Source: an uncultured Clostridia bacterium
GTDB taxonomy: Bacteria; Bacillota; Clostridia; Christensenellales; UBA1242
DNA: 64,000 bases
Assembly: GCA_947624415.1 (NCBI GenBank)
Contig: CANQKH010000005.1
Coordinates: forward strand, 17,072-81,071
Reading direction: 5' to 3'
Made by a program: the position numbers and the translations under genes. The first letter of the stretch is position 1, and each line of letters opens with the position of its first letter. This document shows positions 18,078-30,700 of the stretch, piece by piece. The notes under the pieces were generated by a model. The model saw nothing but the letters and a program-made list of their open reading frames with translations, had not been told where the DNA came from and did not search any database.

Positions 18078-18620
18078 ATGAAAAATGTGCTAATAGTCCA
18101 TTTAGGAGATGTGGGAAACGAAGGCGAAGCACTTAGGCAAGTTCTTGAACGCATGAATTATTTTGTTTTTATGAAGAATATTGGCCGTCCAAATGACTTT
18201 ATTGATATTTTGGAGGGGAATTTTTTTAACTTTGATTTTTTAATTTTATCTTGTCATGGAATTAATGGGGAAATTCTTATGCCCGTTCTTGGCGAAAGTG
18301 CTTATATGGAAAATGAGCCTAGAGGAAATTTTTCTGCTGATGATATTTCGCATTATTTTAAAATTGATGACAAAGTGATTGTAAGTTTGGGTTGCACTAC
18401 AGGGCAAGAAGATATGGCAAAGGCATTTTCCGAGAAAAACACTTTTATTGCTCCCGATGATTATGTAAGAGGCGATAGTGCACTTTTCTTTGCAATAAGA
18501 TTATTTTATGAACTTAATAAAGGGAGAAATATAAACACTGCTTTTAAAATTGCCAAGCAAAGCGATGAGGAGACTTCGCTTTTTAAATTGTATAAAAATT
18601 GTTCACTTGTAAATCTTTAA
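18078..18620 (+). CDS. hypothetical alpha/beta protein with caspase/CHAT-like HG and Cys motifs
   Basis: FLILSCHG…VIVSLGCTTG; RBS AAGGAGG. Confidence 0.55.
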   Translation: MKNVLIVHLGDVGNEGEALRQVLERMNYFVFMKNIGRPNDFIDILEGNFFNFDFLILSCHGINGEILMPVLGESAYMENEPRGNFSADDISHYFKIDDKVIVSLGCTTGQEDMAKAFSEKNTFIAPDDYVRGDSALFFAIRLFYELNKGRNINTAFKIAKQSDEETSLFKLYKNCSLVNL

Positions 18621-18806
18621 ATATTAAACTAAAATCAGACTGAATAAAATCTGCATGAACATAAAAATTTTACGATTTTGCTTGCTGTGTTGCTTTTGCC
18701 AACTTATTTTCATTCAGTCAGTTAATTTGTCTAAACTCTTAAAATATATTTAATATTTATTTGGTTTTTTACTAATTTTATGTTAAAATATAAAAGAGGT
18801 GTTGTT

Positions 18807-20117
18807 ATGTTAAAGCCCGTTGTTGCTGTCATTGGAAGACCAAATGTAGGCAAAAGCACTTTCTTTAATAAAATTTGTGGAAAAAGGATTAGCATTGTTG
18901 ATGATTTACCTGGTGTTACAAGAGATAGGATTTATGCTGATGCCTCTTGGGCAGGTCATGAATTTACATTGATTGACACAGGCGGTATTGATAGTGGTAA
19001 AGGCGATGTATTCCAAAAAGACATAAAAAAGCAGGCAATATTTGCCATAGAGGAAGCGGATGTAATAGTATTTTTGGTTGATGGAAGAGTTGGGGTAACT
19101 TCAAGCGATGAAGAGGTTGCCTCTCTTTTGCTAAGATATAAGACACCTATTGTTTTAGTTGTAAACAAACTTGATAACTTTGAGATTGAAAACACCTATG
19201 AATTTTATAGTTTGGGGATTGGCGAGCCTCTTCCTTTATCTGTTCATCAAAGTAAAGGTATTGGCGATGTTTTAGATGCTATAGTAAAGAATTTTAAAGA
19301 AAAAGTAGTTGAAAATGACGAAAAATTAACAAAAATTGCAATAGTTGGACGACCAAATGTAGGCAAAAGCAGTTTGGTTAACAAAATGCTGGGCAAGGAA
19401 AGGGTTGTTGTCAGCAGTGTTGAAGGCACAACGCGAGATGCTGTTTTAGTGCCTTTCAAGTATAATAAAAATGACTATGCCCTTGTTGACACTGCCGGCT
19501 TGCGTCGTCAAAGGTCAGTTGAAAAAGAGTCTATTGAGGGTTATTCTGTTTTAAGGACAATGCAGGCGATTGATGAGGCAGATGTCTCTCTTATTGTTTT
19601 TGACGGAAGTAAGGAGGCAATCACCGAGCAAGATGTTCGAATTGCGGGGTATGTTGATGAGGCAGGCAAACCTAGTGTTATTGTTGTGAATAAGTGGGAC
19701 ATTAAAGTTAAAAGCAAAGATAAATATATGGCAATGCTTAAAGAAAGTTTGTCATTTATGGATTACTTTGTTGTGGTTTTTGTTTCTGCGTTAACTGGTG
19801 CAAGTATAGGACAAATAATGGAAAAAGTGGAATTTGTATATCAAAATTCATGCAAAAGGATAACTACTGGTGTGTTAAATGCACTTTTACACGATGCGAT
19901 TTTAAATTTTGAGCCACCATCACATAACGGTGCACGAGTAAAAATAAAATATATTACCCAATCTTCAACAAATCCTCCAACATTTGTGTTGTTTGTAAAC
20001 AATGAAAATCTTATATCTACATCTTATCAAAGGTATTTGGAGAATAGATTTAGGGAGAGAATAGATTTGTCGGGAACGCCTATAAGATTTATAGTAAAAG
20101 GAAAGGGGGACGATTAA
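18807..20117 (+). CDS. der: ribosome biogenesis GTPase Der (EngA)
   Basis: Two GRPNVGKS P-loops, DTGG/DTAG, NKLD/NKWD, C-terminal KH-like PPTF. Confidence 0.97.
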   Translation: MLKPVVAVIGRPNVGKSTFFNKICGKRISIVDDLPGVTRDRIYADASWAGHEFTLIDTGGIDSGKGDVFQKDIKKQAIFAIEEADVIVFLVDGRVGVTSSDEEVASLLLRYKTPIVLVVNKLDNFEIENTYEFYSLGIGEPLPLSVHQSKGIGDVLDAIVKNFKEKVVENDEKLTKIAIVGRPNVGKSSLVNKMLGKERVVVSSVEGTTRDAVLVPFKYNKNDYALVDTAGLRRQRSVEKESIEGYSVLRTMQAIDEADVSLIVFDGSKEAITEQDVRIAGYVDEAGKPSVIVVNKWDIKVKSKDKYMAMLKESLSFMDYFVVVFVSALTGASIGQIMEKVEFVYQNSCKRITTGVLNALLHDAILNFEPPSHNGARVKIKYITQSSTNPPTFVLFVNNENLISTSYQRYLENRFRERIDLSGTPIRFIVKGKGDD

Positions 20118-20123
20118 TTTAAT

Positions 20124-20963
20124 ATGCTTGAAAGTATATTGTTGTTTGTTCTGGCTGCCATAGTTAGTTATTTTATTGGAACTATTAACTTTTCCAAAAT
20201 AATTGCATGGCACGCAAGAAGAAAGGATATAACAAAGTTGGGCAGTCGAAATCCTGGTGCTATGAATATGTTGCGCCAGTTTGGAATTGGTTTGGCACTG
20301 CTTACATTTATAGCGGAGGTTGTAAAATCAGGGTTAACTTGCCTTGCTTTTAAATTAATTTATGACCATCTTGAAATATGGGGAGGAGGAAGTTTTGTAT
20401 ATTATTTAGCAGGCTTTTTCCTAATGATTGGCTATAATTTTCCTGTTTGGTCAAAGTTTAAAGGCGGAAAAGGTGTTGCTTGCCTTTCGGGAATTTTCTT
20501 GTTTTCACCTATATGGTATGTAGGTCTTGCATGGTTTGTAGTATGCTTTGTGCTGTTTATTATTATAGATATAGGTTCGGTTATTTCCTTTATTTTTACA
20601 GGAGGCCTAACAATTGCAACGACTTGTTTTGCGTGGCTGGTGCTTAACTATAACTTATGGGTGTCAATTTATGTAACGGCAATGGTATGGGTTCTTTACT
20701 TTCTTATATTGATAAAACATAGAGGAAATATATATAGACTTTTGCATCATCAAGAGAATAAGGTTGGATTTAAGGATAAATTAAAAAAGGTGTTTTGCCG
20801 CAAAAAGAATAATGACAAAACAGAAACTCAAGAAAATGGCGAGGAAAATACAAATATTGAAAATGACAATGAAACTTTGAATTTTGATGAAAAAAGTGAT
20901 TTATCGCTTGAAAATAACGAAAAAATCATGGAAAAAGATGAAAATATTGATAATAAAGATTAA
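20124..20963 (+). CDS. plsY: glycerol-3-phosphate acyltransferase PlsY with an acidic C-terminal tail
   Basis: GSRNPGAMN, FKGGKGVA, KHRGNIYRL; follows der. Confidence 0.9.
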   Translation: MLESILLFVLAAIVSYFIGTINFSKIIAWHARRKDITKLGSRNPGAMNMLRQFGIGLALLTFIAEVVKSGLTCLAFKLIYDHLEIWGGGSFVYYLAGFFLMIGYNFPVWSKFKGGKGVACLSGIFLFSPIWYVGLAWFVVCFVLFIIIDIGSVISFIFTGGLTIATTCFAWLVLNYNLWVSIYVTAMVWVLYFLILIKHRGNIYRLLHHQENKVGFKDKLKKVFCRKKNNDKTETQENGEENTNIENDNETLNFDEKSDLSLENNEKIMEKDENIDNKD

Positions 20964-21002
20964 TTTGTTTGACTTGACTGGTTATGTTAAGTTATAATAA
21001 CT

Positions 21003-21683
21003 ATGAAAATTGGAGGGAATATGGCCGAACAAAAATATGATTTGTTTGATAAACTCGTGGATATGAAATACACCCAGCCTTTCACGTTAAAACAGGGGAA
21101 GGATAGTGATGGCAAGTATGAAAGACTTGGATATGTTCCTTATGGGAAGGGCTTGTATTTTATGTTTAGAAAGATTGGCGATGACAATAAGGACAACTTG
21201 CTTGTTATGTGCTACGAAAGAGATGAAAAGGGCAAATTTGCAAGGCGAGAAGAGCATAATCAAGAAGTAATTCAGGCAATAATAAAAAAATGTAGTGATA
21301 TGATGCAAGAAGCCAAAGATGAGGGGCTAAAATTAACAGATATCAAATCATATCGACAAAAGGATATTTTAAAAAAGATTGTTGATAAATCTAATAAAGA
21401 ACCTTTGCTACTCACAAATGAAAATGGCAATGCGATGGTGTTTGAACAGGTGGCGGTAATTCCATTTGTGGTTCTAAATGAGAGAAGGCTTTATGTTGTA
21501 TTGAGACTTTTAAACAATGTTGACGGAATAAGCAGGGGGACAAACATTGTTTTCAACTGCGACAAAGACAAAGAAGGTCAGGTTGTTTTTAAGGCAGAAG
21601 AAGACCAAGAAGTGGTAAATGCAATTCAAGAAAGATATATAAAATTGTTACAAGATGCGATTGCAAATAAAGACAAAAAATAA
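21003..21683 (+). CDS. DUF1292-like domain protein with N-terminal extension
   Basis: LLLTNENGNAMVFEQVAVIP…LYVVL; paralogous to the next gene. Confidence 0.6.
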   Translation: MKIGGNMAEQKYDLFDKLVDMKYTQPFTLKQGKDSDGKYERLGYVPYGKGLYFMFRKIGDDNKDNLLVMCYERDEKGKFARREEHNQEVIQAIIKKCSDMMQEAKDEGLKLTDIKSYRQKDILKKIVDKSNKEPLLLTNENGNAMVFEQVAVIPFVVLNERRLYVVLRLLNNVDGISRGTNIVFNCDKDKEGQVVFKAEEDQEVVNAIQERYIKLLQDAIANKDKK

Positions 21684-21722
21684 AAGAATTTTTGATAATT
21701 TTTATAAAAAGGAGGTAAAATT

Positions 21723-22148
21723 ATGAAAATTGGGTCAAAAAAACAGAAAAAAGAGCAAAAAGTAGAAGAAGTCGAAGAAGTAAAGCCAGTTCAAACCGAG
21801 GTTGAAGAGGATGGCGAAAAAGAGGAAGCCAAGGAAGAACGTGATTTGCTTGATGTATTGCTTGACAAAGACAATAAGGAAAACATAGTTCTTTATAATG
21901 AGGAAGGCGACAGAGTTGAATTTGAACAAATTGCAATAATTCCAATTGATAAAGAAGGGGAAGAGAGAAAACTTTATGTAATCTTAAAGCCAGTTGACAA
22001 GATTGAAGGAATGGCAGATGACGAGGCGATTGTATTCCTTTGTGATTTTGATGAAGAAGGAGAAACAAGGCTTACCGTTGAAGTTAACGACGATATTGCA
22101 AAAGAAGTATTTGATAGGTATTATGAATTAATAAAAAATGATAAATAA
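21723..22148 (+). CDS. DUF1292-like acidic protein
   Basis: IVLYNEEGDRVEFEQIAIIP…LYVILKP…VFDRYYEL. Confidence 0.7.
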   Translation: MKIGSKKQKKEQKVEEVEEVKPVQTEVEEDGEKEEAKEERDLLDVLLDKDNKENIVLYNEEGDRVEFEQIAIIPIDKEGEERKLYVILKPVDKIEGMADDEAIVFLCDFDEEGETRLTVEVNDDIAKEVFDRYYELIKNDK

Positions 22149-22218
22149 TCAAAAATTTAATAAAAATATTCAAAAAAAACATATTTTTTCAACAAATATG
22201 CTTTTTTGTTAATTATTG

Positions 22219-23421
22219 CTATGCAAATTTACAATTTGTAAAAGTCAAATTTTCAACCGCCTTGTTTGTAACGTCTTGAATTGAAGAAGAAAAATCACAA
22301 TTTTCAAATGTAACATTTCCACCTTCAAAGTTTTCAGTGTCAATACAACAGTTGCTTTCGCCATTTTGAGTATTAAATTTAATGTTTATTATTCTCACAT
22401 TTTCACAATTTCCAACAAATCTAATTGGAATAATTTTGTTTCCTGTAATTTGACAATTTGTGTTTCCAACTATAATTAAATCATGAACATTATCAAGTAT
22501 TATAGGATTGGCTAGTGAGTGTAGACCATTTAAATTTATTGATTTTACACCTCGCATAATTGCGTCTTGAAGTTCGTTTATCGTTGAAACTTCAACTTCT
22601 GCTTTTGCAGTTATATTTACACTTGTTTCATAATCCTTATAATAAATTTTAATTTCTGTTTGGCCAACATCTATTGGATTGTCATCAAACGTAAAATCTT
22701 CAACTTCCAGCGCTCTGCCACTTTTCATGTTGGTTACAACCTTCAAACCTTGTTTGTCAAATACTTCTCCATAATTGTAGGAGGTCTTATTTGGTGGACT
22801 ACTAACGGAAATGCTTTCAATTTTATCTTCTAAGATTAATAAGTCTATTTCTATAACAAATTCTGTTTCATTAAAGGTGTAAGTAATTTTAATTTTAGCA
22901 TTCATTTCGGCAACAGGGGGATAGTCAACGGTGTAATTTTCTTTAGGTAATGTTTCCTGCTTTCCGCTTATGAAATTTCTATAAACTATTAAATTTGATA
23001 TATCAATATTTTCTCCTTCATAATAATAAGCCTTAAAACTTGTTATATTGTAACTAATTCCATAAACATCGCCATCACCAACCTCTACGTCAAAACTTAA
23101 TGTTGTTCCTGTTACACTTTCGCTTAACGTTATAGTTGCAGTTCCGTTTTTTCGAGCAGTTGCATATCCTTCACGGTCAATTGATATTACAGATTTGTCA
23201 GAGGAAGAGATTGTAATAAAGTAATTATTTGCATTTGCTGGGTAGATGTTATAGCCTATGTATCGCGATTCATTCACATACATTTGGGTAAAGGTGTTTG
23301 TTAATTCAACCTTTTCTATTGGAATAGTTTTTCCACATGAGAAAAGCAGCAAAGAGGAAAAAAATAGCAATAATAAAATAAAAAACAGTGAAAAAGTTGA
23401 TTTTTTTGCGATTTTTTTCAT
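22219..23421 (-). CDS. lipoprotein with bacterial Ig-like domains and a C-terminal beta-helix-like region
   Basis: Signal peptide with lipobox LFSC; Big_2-like SSSDKSVISID…GTATIT; two Big_3-like units (YYEGENID, PNKTSYNYGEVFD). Confidence 0.75.
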   Translation of the reverse strand: MKKIAKKSTFSLFFILLLLFFSSLLLFSCGKTIPIEKVELTNTFTQMYVNESRYIGYNIYPANANNYFITISSSDKSVISIDREGYATARKNGTATITLSESVTGTTLSFDVEVGDGDVYGISYNITSFKAYYYEGENIDISNLIVYRNFISGKQETLPKENYTVDYPPVAEMNAKIKITYTFNETEFVIEIDLLILEDKIESISVSSPPNKTSYNYGEVFDKQGLKVVTNMKSGRALEVEDFTFDDNPIDVGQTEIKIYYKDYETSVNITAKAEVEVSTINELQDAIMRGVKSINLNGLHSLANPIILDNVHDLIIVGNTNCQITGNKIIPIRFVGNCENVRIINIKFNTQNGESNCCIDTENFEGGNVTFENCDFSSSIQDVTNKAVENLTFTNCKFA

Positions 23422-23439
23422 ATTTTTCTCCTTTTTTTA

Positions 23440-24501
23440 TTATTTTAACAGTTTTTTATAATTTATTCCCATTGCATCTTTCATTCTTTCAAGACGTTCT
23501 TTTGCTTGTAATGAAGCCTTGTAGGAATTTTCAAAAAGCATATTGTAAATTCCATCTATATTTTCAAGACAAGAGGCTCTTCTTGCTCTTATAGGGGCGA
23601 GGAGTTCTTCCAAAATTTCTATTAAAAACTTTTTAATTTTGACATCTCCAAGCCCACCTTTTTTGTAATGTGATTTCAAACTATCAAGATTTTCATATTC
23701 TGGCAAATATCTTGCAAAATGTTCATCTTTGCAGAATGCGTCAAGATAGGTGAAAACTATATTGCCTTCGACTTGACCGGGGTCGCTTACTCTTATATGA
23801 TTTGGGTCTGTGTAAGCCGACATTACTTTTTGTCGAACTACGTCTGGGGAATCACAAAGATAAATTGCATTGCCATAAGATTTTGACATTTTTAGTTTGC
23901 CGTCAAGCCCTGGCAATCTTCTGCAAACTTTGTCTGTCGCAAGAAATGGCTTTGGCATTTGAAAAACTTCTTCTGTTGGGGAGTAGGTGTAATTGAATGA
24001 GGAAACAATTTCGCGAGCCTGTTCAATCATTGGAAGTTGGTCATCGCCTACAGGGACAATAGTTGTTCCAAATGCAAGTATATCTGCCGCCTGTGAAATT
24101 GGATAAGCCAAAAATCCCATAGGCAAACTTTTTTCAAATCCTCTTGTTTTGATTTCCTCTTTGATTGTAGGGTTGCGTTGAACACGCGACAAGGTTACGA
24201 GATTTAAAAAATAAGTTGTAAATTCATGCAACTCGCTCACCATTGATTGAATAAAAATATTCACTTTGTTTGGGTCGATGCCTGCCGAGATGTAATCAAT
24301 GGCAACTTGAATTATATTGTTTTTAACTTTATCAACCCTGTCTGCATTGTCGGTTAGAGCCTGCGTATCGGCAATCATGATGTAAAATTTGTCGTAAGAG
24401 CCTTGATTTTGAATATTGACTCTGTTTAGCACCGAGCCTACATAATGTCCTAAATGTAAATTGCCGGTTGGCCTATCACCTGTCAAAATTATGTCTTTCA
24501 T
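23440..24501 (-). CDS. trpS: tryptophan--tRNA ligase
   Basis: TGDRPTGNLHLGH (HIGH), YPISQAADI, VPVGDDQ, KMSKS; start moved to ATG 24501 after GAGG. Confidence 0.97.
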   Translation of the reverse strand: MKDIILTGDRPTGNLHLGHYVGSVLNRVNIQNQGSYDKFYIMIADTQALTDNADRVDKVKNNIIQVAIDYISAGIDPNKVNIFIQSMVSELHEFTTYFLNLVTLSRVQRNPTIKEEIKTRGFEKSLPMGFLAYPISQAADILAFGTTIVPVGDDQLPMIEQAREIVSSFNYTYSPTEEVFQMPKPFLATDKVCRRLPGLDGKLKMSKSYGNAIYLCDSPDVVRQKVMSAYTDPNHIRVSDPGQVEGNIVFTYLDAFCKDEHFARYLPEYENLDSLKSHYKKGGLGDVKIKKFLIEILEELLAPIRARRASCLENIDGIYNMLFENSYKASLQAKERLERMKDAMGINYKKLLK

Positions 24502-24726
24502 ATATACCTCACCATTGATTTTAATGCAAAAGTATAAAAAAGTCAAATTTAATTGTCATGAAAAAATGTAAAATTTTAAAATAATTTTATTTTTAGAATA
24601 AAATTGTTTGCGTTATTTAAAATAAAATATTATAATTTATATATAAGATTTGATGTTATCTTCTGGCTTGTATTTAAGATAACAAAAGTTTGTTTGTAAA
24701 ATCGTTGCTTAAATCAGGAGGAAATT

Positions 24727-27700
24727 ATGTTTAGAAAAATGTTGAAAAAATGTTATCTTCTAGTTGCGATTCTTCTAATGGCGGGAGGAATATTTTGTTT
24801 GCTCCCATCTCGACTTGAAGATTCTCTAAATTTTTCAAACCAGTCGAGTGCTGCCACAATTTCTAAGGGTGAGAAATATGGGCAAAGTGATGTATATATA
24901 ATTCACGCGGGAAGCACTGGTGCCGAGGAACTTGGAGAAATTGCAAAAAGCATAGGTGCTAATGAAAGCACCTACACTAGTGCCACCTTCTATTTGGAGG
25001 GTGATATAGATTTGGATGGACAATTCTGGGCTCCTATTGGAACAAAGGAAAATCCATTCAAAGGCGTATTTTATGGCAATGGACATAAGATTTCCAATTT
25101 ATTGATTACTGAGGAACTTTCTATAGATAAATCCTATCTTGGATTGTTTGGCTATATTGATGGTGCTACAATTGCCGACTTAAGAATAGGTGGAAATAAT
25201 GTTTTTAATGTTAAAACGACACCAACGTCATATGGAACAATGGTTGGATATGCGGCAAGTTCTGCAATTATAAACTGTTATGAAGAAAGCGTGAACAAAA
25301 AATTAACAGTTGGCGACCCTGATTCAAGCACAGATTTTACACCAGTTAATATGTATAGTATTGGTGGCGGAACGAGTTCAATAATTTATGAGGGTGCTTG
25401 TTACTTAGGAAAATTTGATGAAAATAATGAGAATGACAAACTCGCCGAAATAGTTGATCCTGAAAGCGGAACGGCAACTAAAGCAACAAATGTAACAAGA
25501 GACACCGAAAAAACTGGTATTTCAACGGGATATGTTTCAACATTCACAGTTGACCAGCCTACTTGGAGTGCAACTGAGGATTCTTATAAAGGGCATTCAA
25601 CAACAACTCTTATAAGTGGATACTATGGTTTTTATAAAGTAGTTAATGGAAAAGCAGAGGAATTTTATAACCCTTTTAAAGGCGATAAAACAACAGGCGG
25701 CACCGATGTAACAACAAAAGGAATAAGAGTTTTATTAAAAATTTCAGAAGGCAAAATGGTGATTGATACTAGCAGTCCATCAAAAGCGGGAATCTTTTTA
25801 AAAGATAACTTTATTCAGCGAAGCGAGGTGAACGAAACCAATAAAGCCGACAATGAAGGAAAAGTATTTGCTCTTAAAGAGGGCGTTAAATTAACAATGC
25901 CAGTGGTTTCTTCTTCAGAAAAAGCGGAGATGACAGAGGAAGCATCACCAATATTAGTTAATTTTGATGCTAAGCATGGTGGTGAAACAGTAAATCATAA
26001 AACAATAGGAAAGGCAAGGACTGCTTCAACGGAACAATTAGTTGGTGAAACGAAGTCAAACACTTATCCTTATGATATGTCTTTCTTAACATATTTCAGT
26101 TTGTATACCGGATATGTTAGAAGACTTGGTTATGATTTTGCGGGAATACATAAAAAAGGTAGTTCTTCTAATTTAGACTTTAATATAACAGTCGAAGAAA
26201 CAACTAAAAATGAAAAGTTAACAACAAATGCTGACGTTCCAACAGACTTTTTAAATCAATTCCCTTATGCATGCACTGGCGATGTTGCGACAGGCGATAA
26301 ATATGAAATGGGATGGACAAGAAATAATGACCCAAGAAACTTTAATATAAAACTTGTTATGGCATCAGATGAAGGCTCAAACTTTTCATCAAATTTTGAT
26401 ATTGTAGAAGATGCAATAGACCTTTCTGTTCAAGACCTGCCCGAAACGCCAGATAAAAAAGAAAATGCTCTTGCATTATCTTCAAGTAAGGGGAGATTTA
26501 AGGAATATACAATTTCTTCAGATAGCGTTTTGACTGATGATACCTTTAAATTTAGCATAACACTTCAGTCGGGATACAGAATAACACTCCCAACATTAAT
26601 TAAAGTTGGAGATGGTGAAGACGCTCAATATTTCCCACAACCAATTGAGAATGACACAGAGTTTCTACTTAATGGTGATGTGGCAAGCAAAACAAGTGGA
26701 ATTTATCCTAATTTCACAGGTTCTAGTGGCGAGAAGGAGAAGTATAAGAAAGGCACAAATTATGATGTTTACAGTCCAACCTATATTTATGGTGAATGGG
26801 TAAATGAGAAAACAACTTATAAAATGGTTGAAAATGTTAAGACTGTTGATAAGCCTGGTTTTGACACCAACAGCAATATTGACAAAACATACAATTTCAC
26901 TATTGGAAATATTGTAGGTGCTGGTGGAACAGTTTATCTTGTTGTAGAAAGAGATTGGTTAAAAGTGGATGTAACTCCTGAACAAAACACAGCAGTAGTA
27001 GGTGATGATGGAAATTTGAAATACACTTGGTCGCTTTTGCAAAGCAAGGCTGCGACCGCAGGGTCAATAACTGAGGATGGCACAAACTTTTTCTTCTATA
27101 GTTACGATGGTGGCTTTACGCCAGTTCCCCAAGATCTTCAAGTGTCAGAAGATGATAAAGAAACAGAAGAAGATGACGACAAATTTGTTAGAAATATATC
27201 ATTGAGCCAACCTGCCTCTGGGAGAATATATTTGTATTTAAGAAGGGGTGAGAAACCTGTTGTAAAATTGGCAATGGAGGAGAAATATATTTTAGGTATT
27301 TCAAATCAGACAATGTCGACTTCTCCACAAGATGACGGAGCAAGATTTACAAGCACAGGAAGTCCAAATATATTAAAGCAAACCAAAGCCGGCGTTACGT
27401 CAAGTGCAGTGGGATATTTTCAAGTTTGGATATTCAATATTGAATTTAGTGATGTGGCTAATGGCGATTATGATAAAGCTCTCAATGACAATCATAAATT
27501 AACAATTGTTTGCGGATCTCTTTTAACACGTGTAACTGCTAATTTTTATGAAATCAAGAATGTAACAAATGAAGGCGAGACAAAAATAGTAACGACCCTA
27601 ATAGAGAACGAAACTGACCTGGCAGGTCTTGCAGTATTTGTAAACCCTTCCAACCTAGAAACCGACCAACTCCCATCAACAGCGGATGATGGTCTTGGTT

Positions 27701-30700
27701 CTGGAAATGCAAAAACAGTAGGTTTATCAGATGCCAGCGAAGGGACTGCAACAGACAGTATTTATGTTGCAAAAAACACTAAATTTCAAGCCGCATATTT
27801 TAAATTGAAGGATGAGAAGACGGGTTCAACTAGTGGTGAATATAATTTAACGGATGATGAAAGTTATTATACATACTGGACGGGATCAAAAATTCTCGTT
27901 AATGCCACACTCAATGGCGACAGCAGTCTTAACTATACAATAGATGTATACTTTAAACAAAGAACTTATGATGTAACAATACAATATAAAATTGAAGATG
28001 GTGTTAATGAAGTTGAAATAAAAAATAATCTTAATTATTTATTTGATACAGCCCCTACAAATTATACAGATCAAGCGGTAGGCAAATTTTCAGATCCAAT
28101 TTCCTTTACCTTAGGTGAAATTGGGCGAGGTGTTTTAAGTTTTAAAAGTGCAAGTGTAAGTGGAAGCACTGATTTATCAGGTCCATCCCTTACAAGCACC
28201 ATACAACAAAGTGGCACTTCCACAGAAGGGGGGCCAGGGACAGTTGCAGGGACATCTGCCAGCGATGTTGATGAAACGCCAGGGAAATATGATTTTGACT
28301 TTACTCTGGGTTACTATGACACAACAATAACCTTTACTTTTGTATATAAATCTGTTGATTTCAAGATTTCTAAATTATATTATGATGGCGACACAATAGA
28401 TGGGGCAATGACGGCAATAGAGAAAATATTCAAGTTCAATTTTAATGATGGTGCTGAAGGTCCTAGTCTATCACTTGTTGAAACAAGTGGCGTCAATGGC
28501 GACAAAGGTAGCAAAATATCAAGCATTTCTATTTCCTCGCAATATTATCTTTTGAAATGGTATATAAAAGGGACGGCAAGTGTAGCGGTAAGTGGCACTG
28601 GCTTGGATGTATTTATGTCTGACCAGACCGCTCTTGAAGCAATAGCGAAAGAGGTCGGGGGAACTAATGCCCTCGAGGTTGAATTTGGGGGATTGATGCC
28701 TTATGTTGGGCTTAGAACAGTTACTGTCTACTATTCTGTCAACCCAGTCAGTGAAAATGACGTTCTTTGTGCTGACACGGCTGGAAATCTACTAGATGGA
28801 AAAGACAGAAAACAAAAGGTTGGCGAAATCTCATGGAATATAAAAGAGGGTAAAGCAAATGTCTTAAGTGATTTATCTGATGAAGTATTCTTTAACGTTG
28901 GTTATATATTGAAAGGATATTCAGCTCTCGCCGGGACGATAACTTGGGACGAAACTGGGAAAACATACACTCTTGAGATAAAGGACTTTGCAAGATTATT
29001 CGCTGGTGGAGCAGGCGCTGAATTTTTGGGAGATGAAGGAACGGGACTAACCGCTTGGTCAGCATTCGCAGTAGGTGCTACTGCAGAAGAATGTTCAACA
29101 GACCTGGCAGCAATTTGGGAGGCTATTACATATAAACTTCAAATTGACAGTCAGAATGACCAACAAATAACAGTTAAATTAGGAAGTTCAATTTCTTATT
29201 CACTTCCTGCAACAACTAGCAGCGACTATAAACTGGGATTTGCAAATTACACAATACAATATGGCGAAGCAGGAAAAGAAGGAAGCACGACATCAAAAGC
29301 AACAGGAGATAAAGACGAGGGCTATGTTGTAACAGGTTACAAACTTTATCAATCTGGTGATGAGACTAATGGTAAAGTAGTAAATAGTGGCGAAGAATAC
29401 ACAATTACAGCACAAATTTTATATGATATTTTAACAAACAACTCTACTTATAGATTCCAAGAAAACGATGCAACCCATCCAATTATAATTAAAACATTAA
29501 GAGAACCAGCAACTTATTATCTTATCCTTGCTGCATCTCCATATTATCATTATAACTGGAATGATGATTCAGGCATAGGCGAAAAAATAACAGATGAAAG
29601 TAATAGTGCTTTAAATGGTGCTATAAGGATAAAAGTTAAATACAAGTCTTTGCCAACCGATCTTAATGCATTAATGCAAGAAAATGCTACCGACTCAACA
29701 GCAAAAAAACTTGAAGTAGTAAGAGATGGTTATACTTGCAATGGTTGGGTTCTTGCAAATGATGATGGCACTCAACAACTTAATCAAGCCTTGTATACTT
29801 TCAAAACAGAATTTGACCATCAAGATGTTATGATTGTTCCTACTTGGGCAAGAGACATATCCAAAGAAACTGTTACAAGTTTGATTTCATACGAGCCAAG
29901 CAGCGAGCAAGATGAAGCAAAGAAAGAAGTAACTTATTATATGGGTTATAACAAACAGGTGGCAACTGGCACAATTGGTGGCGATAATTTAGGCGCGGGA
30001 AGCAATGAGCCGGGTGATAGAGGCAGGAGCGGAACACTGCTTTTAAATGGTGAATACATCAAATCATACAAATTTGATATATCATTCGTAAGTGATGACA
30101 AAACTCCAATAACAAAGCAATACTCTACTACATCAAAAGATGGTTTAACCCTTGCAGATTTAAGTGAGGGTTCAGGAAAATATACTGTCAAATTTACTAT
30201 CGAGGTTGGAGAAGTATTAAATTTAACTCCACGCGTTCTTGAAACCTATACTGTTTCAAGCGAAGAAATAACCATAACATTAAAAAAGAATGTTATTAAA
30301 TTTATTGAATATTCGCTCACATCTGTTTACACAGGCACAAGCACATTTGTTGTTCCTGATGAAAGATATACAAAACAAAATAATTTTGGTTCATTCCTAT
30401 TTGAATATTCTTGGGATGGTAAAGCCAATGCCGAGGCAATAGGAAGCGTTGTTGGTGAAGTAAACTATTTTGTAAACCCAACAATTATTGGTAGTGGTGA
30501 TGATGGCAGTGATTATAATGTCAGTGTTGTCAACAAAACCTTGAGATGGAAACTTAACACCGACCAAATTGGTGCTTTGCAAAATCAAGAGGGTTCTTTA
30601 TATTATTTTGGTGCAAATCCAAATTATTCATTAATATTTGAAAATGTCTTTAAAGGAAAGAATGGCGTAAGCGGATATTTTGTCAATATTGAAAATGCAG

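Noticed and set aside
24502-24726. T-box riboswitch upstream of trpS
   Set aside because: No T-box consensus or leader terminator is visible, and a promoter-like TTGACT…TAAAAT sits directly before the RBS.
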